From Macrostomum lignano (Eukaryota), in assembly GCA_002269645.1 (NCBI GenBank), contig NIVC01000101.1, positions 1-27,749 of the forward strand: a DNA stretch of 27,749 nucleotides, given 5' to 3'. The first letter of the stretch is position 1. Each line of letters begins with the position of its first letter. The notes below the pieces were generated by a model that was not told where the DNA came from, searched no databases, and saw only the letters and a list, made by a program, of their open reading frames with translations. A program made the position numbers and the translations under genes. This document shows positions 9,612 to 20,299 of the stretch, one piece after another.

Positions 9612-11204
9612 ATGAACGATTCGTCTAGCGGTCGCCTGAGCTACAATTTTGACACATTTTCGTACCTGCTGGTCGACTGCAGAAGCGGCTTAGAGGCCTT
9701 GAGGGCTGGCTGCATCACCGCCACAATTAGCGGCATTTTCTGTGCGTTTATCTCGCCATTTCTTGCCTGCCTCAGTTTCTTTGGCAACGGCCTGACTGGC
9801 TACTTGGCCCTGTTTAAGTGGCGCCCATTGACCAGACAGAATGCTTTCTACGGTTGCGTTGCTCTTGTCGACTGCGTTACGGTGCCGCTGTTGGGCATGC
9901 TTCACGGCTTCTTGAACCGCGGCCTGCCCTGGATCTCGGGTGGTCGGCTGGGTTTTCTGTTGAGCAATCGCGGAGAAATTGGTTGTAAAGCTCATTGGAT
10001 AATTGGCAGTCTGTGTCAGCTACTGCCCGCTATGCTGCTGTTGGTGATGGTGACAGACAGGCTGCTGGCCTTTCTGATGCCCATGAGGCTTCAACAGGTG
10101 GGGTCTGGCATTGCTTTCAGGTAAGATCCAGAATTTACTTGCTTATCAGACTTGAGGCGCTCCTATGCAGTTACGGAGCTGTCATTTAATGACCCTTTTG
10201 TGACAGTGTGTCTTACTTGTACACTCGTGCAAGTATGACCTGATGGTTGCAAATTTGTCATGCAGTAAGTAGTTCATAGCTTTAGTGATGAATTGCTTGG
10301 TTGACTAGTTTTCTTGATTGTCAAGTTGCTTGGTTGTCGAGCTGTTTGGTTGTGGAGTTGCTTGGTTGTCGATTTGTTTGGTTGTGGAGTTGCTTGGTTG
10401 TCGATTTGTTTGGTTGTGGAGTTGCTTGGTTGTCGATTTGTTTGGTTGTGGAGTTGATTGGTTGTCGATTTGTTTTTTGTCGAGTTGCTAGTTTACTTTG
10501 TTTTCGACATGCTTTATTGGCTAACGAGTTTCTTGATCGATCAGTTTCTTGGGTTGCGACTCGATTAAAGATTAACGATCAAACACTACTTCGTGCACTT
10601 TGTACAGAATATTTATTCACTGTGCAATCGGTCTGTACACAGGTCAGTACTAGCCGCCACACTGGTCACCCTGGGCCTCACCGTTCCTCGACTTCTCCTG
10701 GTAACACGTTACGCCATTTTTGACGGCGTCGGCTTTTTCAGCATTGTGTGTTACTTCGCTCCCAGTCAGCACAACTTTGCGCTCACGTACGACACTTTGT
10801 TTATCTCTCCACCAACCATCCCTCTGCTGTTGGTGCTGTTGTGCAACGTGGCTCTATTGATCAGGATTGCTAGACTAGCCGCTAAAAGGCGTCATTTATC
10901 GAATAATACTGCTACCGAATCTGGCGTCGACCGGCAGAGTCTAAGCAGTGCGACTATTGTCATGGCGATGTCGTGTGTCACGCTGGGGTTCAACTTGCCG
11001 CTGTTAGCCGTCGAGTGGGCAGTGCAGTTGGTGACGAAGTATACGGCAGACCGTCAGGCTGGCATTCGGACTGCCCGAATGCTGAGCAACTTTATTTTCA
11101 GCCTGAAGCAGCTGGCCATGACAGGTCAGGCTGTCAATTGGATCATTCTGATGGCCAGGTGTAAGAAATATCGTCAGGCTGTCCGAGAGATGATGCCGTG
11201 GTGA
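9612..11204 (+). CDS. Orphan class A (rhodopsin-like) 7TM GPCR, 356 aa; exons 9612-10120 and 10643-11204
   Basis: ORFs 9612 and 10593 join through a phase-2 intron (CAG|GTAAGA...CACAG|G). Seven hydrophobic segments, with TM1 GN, TM2 ALVD, TM3-start Cys (GCK), DRL in place of DRY, ECL2 Cys, TM6 FNLP and TM7 VNWIIL followed by KKYR. Confidence 0.88.
10320..10480. repeat. 32-bp GT-rich minisatellite (GTTGCTTGGTTGTCGATTTGTTTGGTTGTGGA), ~5 copies, in the GPCR intron
   Basis: Direct periodicity. Source of ORF 10301-10723. Confidence 0.9.
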
Positions 11205-11824
11205 CTGATTCAGAGAGAGGTGGAAATACCATTTGGTTACAGAAAAATTGGATGAAAACTTAAAAACACGATTATTACTAACTATTTTCCAACTCAAATC
11301 CGAGTTGTACTTTTCGATTCCCAATGCCCACCTACAAAATAAGGGCATGCATGCCCAACTTTTAAGATGTCCACCTTCTTCAAGAAATAGACAAAATACC
11401 CAAAACTCTTAACAAAAAAGAACTTGGCTTTGTTTTATTGTCTCATTGGTATCGATGAGAATTCTAGCCTCCTTGACTCAATTATGATGATGAATGAGTC
11501 TAAAAAAATATATATATATATATAATCGGAATTGACTGCATTCTTCAAAACAGCGGTAGTTCTGCCTAAATGTTTTCTGCATTTTAGAGCAATACTTAGC
11601 CATGAGAGTCCTAGAGCGCCTACCTAACTGATTTGCACTTTTAATTTGACAAAAGGCACCGCGGACACTGCAAGACATGTAGCTCGTAAATGTCTGCAGG
11701 AACTCCAAGTTTTGAGACAGAAAGTTTGCCATGCCAGATCGAACTGGAGTTTCAGAGCTCTCCTGCGCAGAGCGCACCAGGGGATCCAATTATCTGCGGT
11801 GCAGTTTTCACGCCGAAATTGCGC

Positions 11825-11831
11825 TATAAAA
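11825..11831 (+). promoter_or_regulatory. Candidate TATA box of the NHE gene
   Basis: TATAAAA in a GC-rich context, ending 65 nt upstream of the ATG at 11896. Confidence 0.5.
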
Positions 11832-11895
11832 GCATGCAGTTCGGCCTTGGAAGAACAGTTTGTCTGTATTGGTTCAACTATTCAAGAAACTTTAA

Positions 11896-14208
11896 ATGGC
11901 AGTCAACAAGCAATTCTTTTTGTTGCTTTTGTTGTTGCTTTCGGCATCGACCTCGTTAAGCGGTGGAGGCGGCGGTTCCAGTACAGGTAGTACCGGTGCC
12001 AATAGTAGCACTGGCGGCGACCACGGAGGCGGTCACAGTACCGGTATCAAGGTGGCTGACTGGCACTGGGACAGCGTCAAGGTGTACATAGTGATCTCCC
12101 TGTTCATCGTGGTGGTTTCCATTCTGAAGGCGCTGTTCCACCACATCCACTGGCTGTCCGAACTCGTGCCCGAGTCAATTGTGCTCATCTTCTTGGGCGT
12201 AGGCATCGGGATCATTGTGTTCTTCACCGTATACTCGGATACCGAGCGCTACTACTGGGACCTAACGCCCAGCCTCTTCTTCTACATCCTCCTACCGCCA
12301 ATCATGCTCGAAGCTGCCTATTCGCTCTACGATCGAAACTTCGGCGAGAACCTCGGCTCGATTTTGTACTTCGCCGTGGTTGGCACAGTTTTCGCATTTT
12401 TCATCATCGGCTTCGCTCTGTACGGCCTGAGTGCCGCCGGGGCGATGGGCGCCCTGCGAGTGTCGCTCAAGACCTGCCTGCTGTTCGGCTCGTACATCGT
12501 GGCCGTCGATCCAGTCGCTGTGCTGGCCATCTTCCAGGACGTCGGAGTTGAGCAGGGTCTCTACTATCTGGTGTTCGGCGAGTCGCTACTGAACGACGCT
12601 GTGACAGTGGTTCTCTACAAGACCATGAACGCTTTCATGCCCCTGGAAACTGCTAGCGGCTCAGATATCTTGTTGGGCATTGTCAGCTTCTTCACCATCA
12701 GTCTGGGCGGTCTGCTTATTGGCGTGATCTGCGGCATCATCTGCTGTTTCATCACTCGATTTACCTTCAGCGAGCGGGTTGTGGAGCCCCTAGTCATGCT
12801 GTCGGTGGCTTACCTGAGCTACATGATCGCGGACATGGTTGGCTGGTCCGGCCTCATCGCCATCATCAGCTGCGGCATCGTGCAAGCCGCCTACGCGTTT
12901 CACAATGTGTCGAGAAAGTCTCTGATTACAATTAAGTACTTCACTAAAATGGTTGCCAGCGTTAGCGAGTCCATCATCTTTGTCTACCTGGGCATCGAGC
13001 TGGTGAAGAAGACTCACGTCTGGCACTGGGGCTTCGCTCTGTGGTCTCTGGCGCTCTGCCTCGCTGCTCGATTCATCATCACTTTCGTGTCCAGCGCCGC
13101 TCTGAACCGGCTCGGCAGGAAGACGCCCATCAGCCTCACTGAGCAGCTCATCATCTCGTTCGGCGGCCTCCGAGGTGCCGTCGCATTTGCATTGGCCACC
13201 CTAGTCGAGAATAAGGACCTGTTGAAGGCTGATGGCGATCCGTTGATGCGCGAACGGCTCCTGACCACAACTCTGTTCATCATCATGTTCACCTGCATTA
13301 TCGTCGGAGTGATCATCAAGCCGCTGGTCAAGTGTCTCCACATCCGGCTGCGCAAGCGTCCTCTGACCAGCGTCTTCCACGAGGTGGTGACGCACACCGT
13401 CGACCATCTGAATGCCGGCATCGAGGGAATCTGCGGCAGACGCGGCGACTACCGGATGCGCGAGTGCTTCGACCGACTCGATAGTCGGATCTTCCGCCGG
13501 ATTCTGCAGCGCGATCCGCGCACCCAGACAGAGAAGATTGTCGATGTGTACCGCAAAGTAGCTCTGAAGATGCACTACGCCAGCCTGGAGACCGACCAGA
13601 AGAAGTCCACGCACCACTTGTCCGCCCTGGCTCCCGGCCTCGCCCGACGTGTCGCCTCCGTGGCCTCGATGCAGGACCTCGGCGGAGCCGGTCCGTCGTT
13701 CCCTGACCTGACTGCGCTTGGCGCATCAACTGGCAATATTTCCTCGATGGGTCCGAGCGAGGTTCGCCGCGTGATCGATCATCAGGCGCGCCGCGCCTCC
13801 GCCCAGGTGCACGCCGGCCTGACGAAGTCGTTGAACTCGGACGCGGACATGACGCGAAGGCTGCACGACATGCAATCCAGGCTGGCCAGGGGCATCCGGC
13901 TGCTGCACCGCGGCGCGTCCCAGGGCCACCGGCTGGACCGGCTGGGCGACGGGGCCGACGGAAGCGGCGGCAGTTCGGCGAACGTTCGCGAGTCGCCCGG
14001 CGTCTTCCAGCGTCGAACCTCGGAGTCGCCGGCGCAGCACGAGTTGAGCCTCCAGCAGCATCAGCATCGACAGCAGCCAGCCATCGGCCTGGGAGCCGTT
14101 CAGTTTGCCATCGGCGAAGGCCCCAGCAGCGACGCCCAATCGGACGGCACAGCTCGACGGAGTCACGTGAACAGCGGCTTCAGCTCGAAGGAGAACACCG
14201 CCATCTAG
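11896..14208 (+). CDS. Sodium/hydrogen exchanger (SLC9A, plasma-membrane NHE type), 770 aa, single coding exon
   Basis: Signal peptide and ~12 TM segments. NHE signatures FFYILLPPIMLEAAY, AVDPVAVLAIF, LVFGESLLNDAVTVVLY and GGLRGAVAFAL, juxtamembrane DHLNAGIEGICG, and a C-terminal -NTAI (class I PDZ-type). The paralogue number cannot be assigned without a tree. Confidence 0.97.
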   Translation: MAVNKQFFLLLLLLLSASTSLSGGGGGSSTGSTGANSSTGGDHGGGHSTGIKVADWHWDSVKVYIVISLFIVVVSILKALFHHIHWLSELVPESIVLIFLGVGIGIIVFFTVYSDTERYYWDLTPSLFFYILLPPIMLEAAYSLYDRNFGENLGSILYFAVVGTVFAFFIIGFALYGLSAAGAMGALRVSLKTCLLFGSYIVAVDPVAVLAIFQDVGVEQGLYYLVFGESLLNDAVTVVLYKTMNAFMPLETASGSDILLGIVSFFTISLGGLLIGVICGIICCFITRFTFSERVVEPLVMLSVAYLSYMIADMVGWSGLIAIISCGIVQAAYAFHNVSRKSLITIKYFTKMVASVSESIIFVYLGIELVKKTHVWHWGFALWSLALCLAARFIITFVSSAALNRLGRKTPISLTEQLIISFGGLRGAVAFALATLVENKDLLKADGDPLMRERLLTTTLFIIMFTCIIVGVIIKPLVKCLHIRLRKRPLTSVFHEVVTHTVDHLNAGIEGICGRRGDYRMRECFDRLDSRIFRRILQRDPRTQTEKIVDVYRKVALKMHYASLETDQKKSTHHLSALAPGLARRVASVASMQDLGGAGPSFPDLTALGASTGNISSMGPSEVRRVIDHQARRASAQVHAGLTKSLNSDADMTRRLHDMQSRLARGIRLLHRGASQGHRLDRLGDGADGSGGSSANVRESPGVFQRRTSESPAQHELSLQQHQHRQQPAIGLGAVQFAIGEGPSSDAQSDGTARRSHVNSGFSSKENTAI

Positions 14209-15129
14209 CCTTGCTGGTCGCTGAGTTGCGTCGCCCACCAAGAATGAATGTGTCCACAAGACTAAAATTTCTTTTCCTAGCGGAGTGTGACGCGGACACA
14301 AAAAGTTATATCACGTCATCTAATCGCATCGAAAAAATTGATAAAAACATGTGGTCAGCCGATTCGAATTCCCTGTATTATCTACATATGTAGTACGATA
14401 TTCTGCTCGTGTAGCTTAGATTTTGTAACGTAGTGGTTCCATCCCTTACAGCAATGGCACCTTTATGGCAATATTGTTAACCATATTGCTGAAGTTTTTC
14501 CAAATAATATGATTGTATAAAGAAATATTCCCAATTACAACCCGAGTAGCTCATAGAATCCTTGCTTTCTAGAAATTATTTTGATATTGCGCGTTAATTA
14601 TTACGATTTTAATACCTCACTGAAGTTCGCTGATGAGCTGACTCTTACGAGCTGTTTTACCAGTAAAAGCCCTCGCTTTAAAAAAATTACAAGTTCATGA
14701 GAATTCCGTCAAATCAAAAGACGCACTGGAACGCGTTGGACATGGACTTCCTTAAGCCAACTTTCTCATTATAACAAATTCATAGAACGGAAGCATTGAG
14801 GTCACGCATCCACTCACTTTACCTGTCCAAAACTGTGTGTTCTTCGTTAATTAAATTAGCTTTTTATGCCCTGCTATGTTTTATTCCATAGCCCTAGCCT
14901 GGGCTTAGCTATCTGATTTATTAATTAGTTTGCAGCGATGTGCCTCGCTAAACGACGGAGTTGTCTCTAGGTGGAAATGAAAAACTGTGAGTGAGGCATC
15001 GGCAGTGGGCTGAGAAAATTAGCAGAAAAATGAGTAATACAAAATATTGTAGAAGGGAGACTAGAAGTAAGAGTAAAAGAAAGAGTTTTCAGAAATCTTC
15101 AGAAGTTTTCAGAAGTTTTCAAAAATCTA

Positions 15130-15385
15130 ATTTTCAGAAGGAGAGTAGAATTTAGAGTAGAATTGAGAGTTGGAGTGAGAGTTGGAGTAAGAGTAGATGT
15201 GAGAGTAGAGGTGAGAGTAGAAGTGAGAGTTGGAGTGAGATTAGAAGTGAGAGTAGAAGTGAGAGTAGATGTGAGAGTAGAAGTGAGAGTAGAAGTGAGA
15301 GTAGAAGGGAGAGTAGAAGGGAGAGTATAAGTGAGAGAAGAAGATAGAGTAGAAGTGGAAGTAGAATATAGAGTAGAACTAAGAC
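15130..15385. repeat. 12-bp purine-rich minisatellite (GAGAGTAGAAGT), ~20 copies
   Basis: Direct periodicity. Source of ORF 15099-15410. Confidence 0.93.
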
Positions 15386-15914
15386 AGCACCAGATGAAAA
15401 TTTTATTCAAAACTTTTCACACGGCTTCTGAATAAAAAATTTTTAACTAAAGCACAATTCACAGCTCGAGAGAAGGAAGCACAGTTTATTCTGCATAACG
15501 AATTATTTTTTCTATTACGAATAGTGCAAATTTGCCTTAAAAAATATCTAATGGCAGTGACAATGAGGATAAAAAAAAAATTTGCTTAAAAAAGACCTAC
15601 CATACATCGGGTTATAAAATCAAGTATCAAGGCAATTTCTCAAATAAATACTCAACAGCTTAACGATCCACCGAGACTACTATTGTAAGTAGGATCATTT
15701 TACACTGCTTATTGAATAATTTTTTGAAAGATAGTTTTTTTTCTTCGCGCTCAAAGATTACGATTCTAAGGTGAACATTAGGACACTAGTGTTCACCTGT
15801 GACACTGTGTCTAGGACACAGTTTCCTGGGAACAGTGACAAAAATTAATTATTATTGGCAGGCATTCATACTGAAATAAACATTTAGAGATGATTTAAAG
15901 CGTACACAGTTAAA

Positions 15915-16665
15915 TTAGCAGTGACATTTGACTGACAGTGGCACTTGACAGTCAGTGAAGTCTGACGGTCAGTGACATTTGACCGTCAGTGACATTTGAC
16001 CGTCAGTGATATTTGGCTGTCAGTGAAGTCTGACATTCAGTGACATTGGACTGTCAGTGACATTTGACCGTCAGTGACATTTGGCTGTCAGTGACATTTG
16101 ACCGTCAGTGACATTTGGCAGTCAGTGACATTTGACCGTCAGTGACACTTGACAGTCAGTGACATTTGACAGTCAGTGACATTTGGCTGTCAGTGAAGTC
16201 TGACATTCAGTGACATTGGACTGTCAGTGACATTTGACCGTCAGTGATATTTGGCTGTCAGTGACATTTGACCGTCAGTGATATTTGGCTGTCAGTGAAG
16301 TCTGACATTCAGTGACATTGGACTGTCAGTGACATTTGACCGTCAGTGACATTTTGCTATCAGTGACATTTGACGTCAGTGAAGTCTGACAGTCAGTGAC
16401 ATTCGAAAGTTAGTGAAATTTGACCGTCAGTGACATTTGACGTCAGTGAAGTCTGACATTCAGTGACATTTGACGTCAGTGAAGTCTGACATTCAGTGAC
16501 ATTTGACTGCCAGTGACATTGGACTGCCAGTGACATTGGACTGCCAGTGACATTGGACTGCCAGTGACATTTGACTGCCAGTGACATTGGACTGCCAGTG
16601 ACATTTGACTGCCAGTGACATTTGACTGCCAGTGACATTGGACTGTCAGTGACATTGGACTGTCA
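15915..16665. repeat. 17-bp quasi-palindromic minisatellite (CAGTGACATTTGACCGT and variants), ~44 copies
   Basis: Direct periodicity, with variant blocks recurring at 170- and 102-bp spacing. Confidence 0.95.
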
Positions 16666-17016
16666 CCTTTTTCACTATCACAACTTAACTGTTAACCATA
16701 GCCTAACTCTATTTATCGTCCGAAGATAAAATGTCCCTTGCACTCGAATTTCTGGCAGTGAAATGGCGATATCCCGTCAAAAATTAATTATATCTATAAT
16801 CTCATTGCGCATTAAGACACAATTCATGAATAAATACAAGAGTTAAATAAACAACAGATTCGATTAATAAAAAGTATTGACAGAGAGAAGTTTTCGTTAT
16901 TAAAAAAATTCTCGCATTCCTACTGAACAGTAGTATGTTGAAGAAGCAACATCTCGTGATTTTTGTTAATATAGATTAGCAAAACTATAGTCACTTTCCT
17001 TGAGAATGATAGATCC

Positions 17017-18127
17017 TTAATCTGAGTCGCCTCCATCGTCTGAGTCGCTATAGGTCACCTCGGTGGCTGAGGTAGTTCTCCCAGCAGCCTGGCCGCCCTC
17101 AGCAGTGCCGCTTTAACCTCGGCGTCTTTGGCCATGGCTAAAGGCGTCTCACCCTGCCGATTCTTCACCGACAAGCTGGCATTGGCTACGCCAGTGCGGA
17201 CCTGGGCTCCGTCGCCGAACAGCAGGAGTTCGACTACGGCGGAGTGACTCTTCCAGGCGGCAGGTGCAGGGCTGTGTCCCCAGATTTGTTCTGACAGCGG
17301 TGTTTTGTTGGCATTTGTAAGTAAATTTCTAATATCGACACACGCTCAGTGTTCTCACACCCTCCTCAGTGTCCCACACCCCCTCAGTGTCCCCACACCC
17401 TCTTCAGTGTCTCCATACCCTCCTCAGTGTCTCCACACCCCCCCTCAGTGTCCCCACACCCTCTTCAGTGTCTCCATACCCTCCTCGGTGTCCCACACCC
17501 CCCTCAGTGTCCCCACACCCTCTTCAGTGTCTCCACACCCTCCTCAGTGTCTCCACACCCCCCTCAGTGTCCCCACACCCTCCTCAGTGTCTCCACACCC
17601 TCCTCAGTGTCTCCACACCCCCCTCAGTGTCCCCACACCCTCTTCAGTGTCTCCACACCCTCCTCAGTGTCCCCACACCCTCCTCAGTGTCCCTACACCC
17701 TCCTCAGTGCTCCCACTCCCTCTTCAGTGTCCCCACACCCTCTTCCGTGTTCCCACACCCTCCTCAGTGTTCCCACACCCTCCTCAGTGTTCCCACACCC
17801 TCCTCAGTGTTCCCACACCCTCCTCAGTGTTCCCACACCCTCCTCAGTGTTCCCACACCCTCCTCAGTGTTCCCACACCCTCCTCAGTGTTCCCACACCC
17901 TCCTCAGTGTTCCCACACCCTCCTCAGTGTTCCCACACCCTCCTCAGTGTTCCCACACCCTCCTCAGTGTTCCCACACCCTCCTCAGTGTTCCCACACCT
18001 TCTCACCTGAGCGTTGGCATCGCATTTAGCCATCAGCAGCAGCCTGAGCGCATTCGGCGTGACCGCCCCTGCTAGCCCAGTGCAGCGCCGTGTTGCCAGC
18101 AGCGTCCAGTCCGTTGACAGACACCTA

Positions 18128-18180
<53 letters not shown>

Positions 18181-19192
18181 CATGCGATAGATAAAAGACA
18201 ATTTTACAAAGTAAAATACAATTAATTTATAATTATTACCTTGTTATCGATTAGTTCGGCAAGGAAAGTCAGGTTTCCATATTGGCAAGCAGAGTGCATC
18301 GGCTGCGGCACTGCCTCTGTCTGCTCTTCAACTGAAGATCATGAATTTTTTTTACAATATTTATTAGCCACTTATTGACTACCCTACAGTTACAAAATTA
18401 CTTTTAATTTTTATTTTTTAAACTTTACTTTTACTCTACTTTTAGTTACTTTTATCCTATTCTTGTATTTCCATTCCATTCACTGGCATACTATGATGCA
18501 TCTTCCAATGGCAAAAGTACATACTTGATGCTGAGATCTATATTCTTTACTCAAAATTGCAATTAAAGAAATGTCAAAACTTACCATAGTTGCTAGGAAT
18601 GAGGCCTACAGAGGAGCCACACCTAGCTGTGTACCAGTCCTTGTTAGTGCTATCTACTAGGTACAAAATATCTCCTGCATCAAATGACAGTTCATCTTTC
18701 TGAAATGGGCCACAAAATCAAGGTAACATTTTTTTAATTAATTGTTTTATTATCACTATGACATTAAGCTATCATTTTATAAAATGAAATGTTGAAAGTA
18801 TTAGAAATACATACAGCTTGAGCAGCATAATTGTATAGGGCTTTGATGACACGAACTTGGCCTAAAATTAAAATGGAATTTTACGCTGCCTTTAGATATA
18901 AATAGATCAGCCGATAACACAAATGGAAAATGTTGAAATATAATATGTTAAACATTAGAATAAGGGCACTTAACTAAAAATATTTCTCACCTAATAACAA
19001 TTTTTAAATATTACACACCCGACAGAATCGTACGAAATACTTTTTTTAAATATGCACGACTCTGACTCAGTTTATTGGAATTCGTAAATGATTTTTGTTC
19101 ATTGTTTGCTTCGATTAAATTGCAATGAACTTAACGCAAAATATTGAAAACTCACCTGGTTTTGGAGGCAAAATTGGCTTCTGGTCAGACAT
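17017..19192 (-). CDS. OSTF1: Osteoclast-stimulating factor 1 (SH3 + ankyrin repeats + acidic tail); exons 19192-19156, 18861-18815, 18699-18585, 18331-18240, 18124-18007, 17290-17017; three 1-nt indels
   Basis: Spliced product MSDQKPILPPKPG|QVRVIKALYNYAAQA|KDELSFDAGDILYLVDSTNKDWYTARCGSSVGLIPSNYV|EEQTEAVPQPMHSACQYGNLTFLAELIDNK|VSVNGLDAAGNTALHWASRGGHAEC(fs)LRLLLMAKCDANAQ|NKSGDTALH(fs)AAWKSHSAVVELLL...NRQGETPLAMAKDAEVKAAL(fs)EGGQAAGRTTSATEVTYSDSDDGGDSD*. It is colinear with animal OSTF1 and all splice sites are GT-AG with matching phases. Frameshifts at ~18050, ~17262 and ~17100. Not captured by the ORF track. Confidence 0.9.
17345..18003. repeat. ~20-bp C-rich minisatellite (CCCACACCCTCCTCAGTGTT), ~32 copies, filling OSTF1 intron 5
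   Basis: Direct periodicity; G-rich on the transcribed (-) strand. Source of ORFs 17305, 17349 and 17369. Confidence 0.96.
18128..18179. repeat. (ATTG)13 microsatellite abutting the acceptor of OSTF1 exon 5
   Basis: Directly visible. Confidence 0.97.
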
Positions 19193-20299
19193 TTCAAAAA
19201 CCCCTTTAAGTAGAATAATTAGAAATATTATATAATAATTTAGACGATTCACTGGCAGAAAAAATCCTATAAGAGGGAAGTTGTGTCTTGGAAAAATGTA
19301 ATTTCTAAATAAACGTTAAAAAATATCGCTAGCTTTGACTGAGAAAAACAAATTCAAACTTTTGAACAGTTTTTTAACTTTTGTTTTTGTTAGTTATGCC
19401 AGTTTAAACATTTTATTTATAGCTCGTAAATTAAAGAAGTATAATAAATATATTAGTTTTGTCTAAGAATTGTATCAGTATTCATTTTCAATCCTCTTGC
19501 GAATTCCTATATATTTATGATAATTTTTTTACCAGTCAAAGTATATTTTAGTATGCAGTTCTAGGCTAGTTTTAAGTGCTGTGTTCGTCATATTAAATAA
19601 AAAGTATGTGTGTAGAGTAAAGAATTGTGCCTTTTTACGATTGCTTGTAATTAGCTATTTAGCTAAGTTTGAATAGACACTTTTTAGAGAAATCTCTGAA
19701 AATGTATTTTCATACAAAATAAATTACAGTCTGAAGTATTTTGTTTGCTAATCCAAATCTAGTAGTGTCTTCAGTTGTAAAGAAGCGCATAATAAATATA
19801 GATTTATTGTCTAAACAACAAATTCTCATAATGTATATAATTAAGTGCTCTGATAAACTATTAAAATATATTTTTTGGCTATGACGCATAAGCCATAGTA
19901 GTAGAAATGTTCTATTTACTGTAATACCATGGTATTATATCATTATATGCAGAAATTTTAATATGCATTTTAATTCAAAGATATACATTAAAATTATCTG
20001 AAATTATTTAAGACTAAGAAAATATTGAAGCAATATTTACAGAATCAAGTTAAAAAAAGTATATTATAAAGTTGATGAGCATATTTTGGACTGACTCAAT
20101 TTTTTTTTATTAGAGCCTAATCTTAATATTTATACCTTTATCTAATTTAAACTTTAAAAAATCTATTAGGTAAATATCAAAATGTAACAAATAACCTAAG
20201 CATATTCATTTAGCAAAACAAACTTATTTATTTTCAATATGATTTGCATCCAAAATTGTTGTGCCCATTACAGTACATCCCCAACAGCCCCAGTTCCCA
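19193..20299. promoter_or_regulatory. AT-rich divergent (head-to-head) upstream region shared by OSTF1 and CEP78
   Basis: The two start codons (19192 on -, 20300 on +) are 1.1 kb apart. Promoter function is inferred from geometry only. Confidence 0.55.

Noticed and set aside
11956-14301. Many overlapping minus-strand ORFs of 60-190 aa
   Set aside because: Antisense shadows of the GC-rich NHE coding sequence.
14625-14670. CTGATGAG resembling a hammerhead ribozyme core (also CTGATGA at ~9131)
   Set aside because: No stem II followed by GAAA, and no closing helices.
15775-15830. Small hairpins ACACTAGTGT and ACTGTGTC-TAG-GACACAGT
   Set aside because: Too short to distinguish from chance, with no matching partner end.
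15915-16665. Palindromic short repeats reminiscent of a CRISPR array
   Set aside because: Head-to-tail units with no unique spacers, eukaryotic context and no cas genes.
17305-18075. Three 213-256-aa Pro/Ser/His-rich ORFs
   Set aside because: Translations of the 20-bp array inside OSTF1 intron 5 on the opposite strand.
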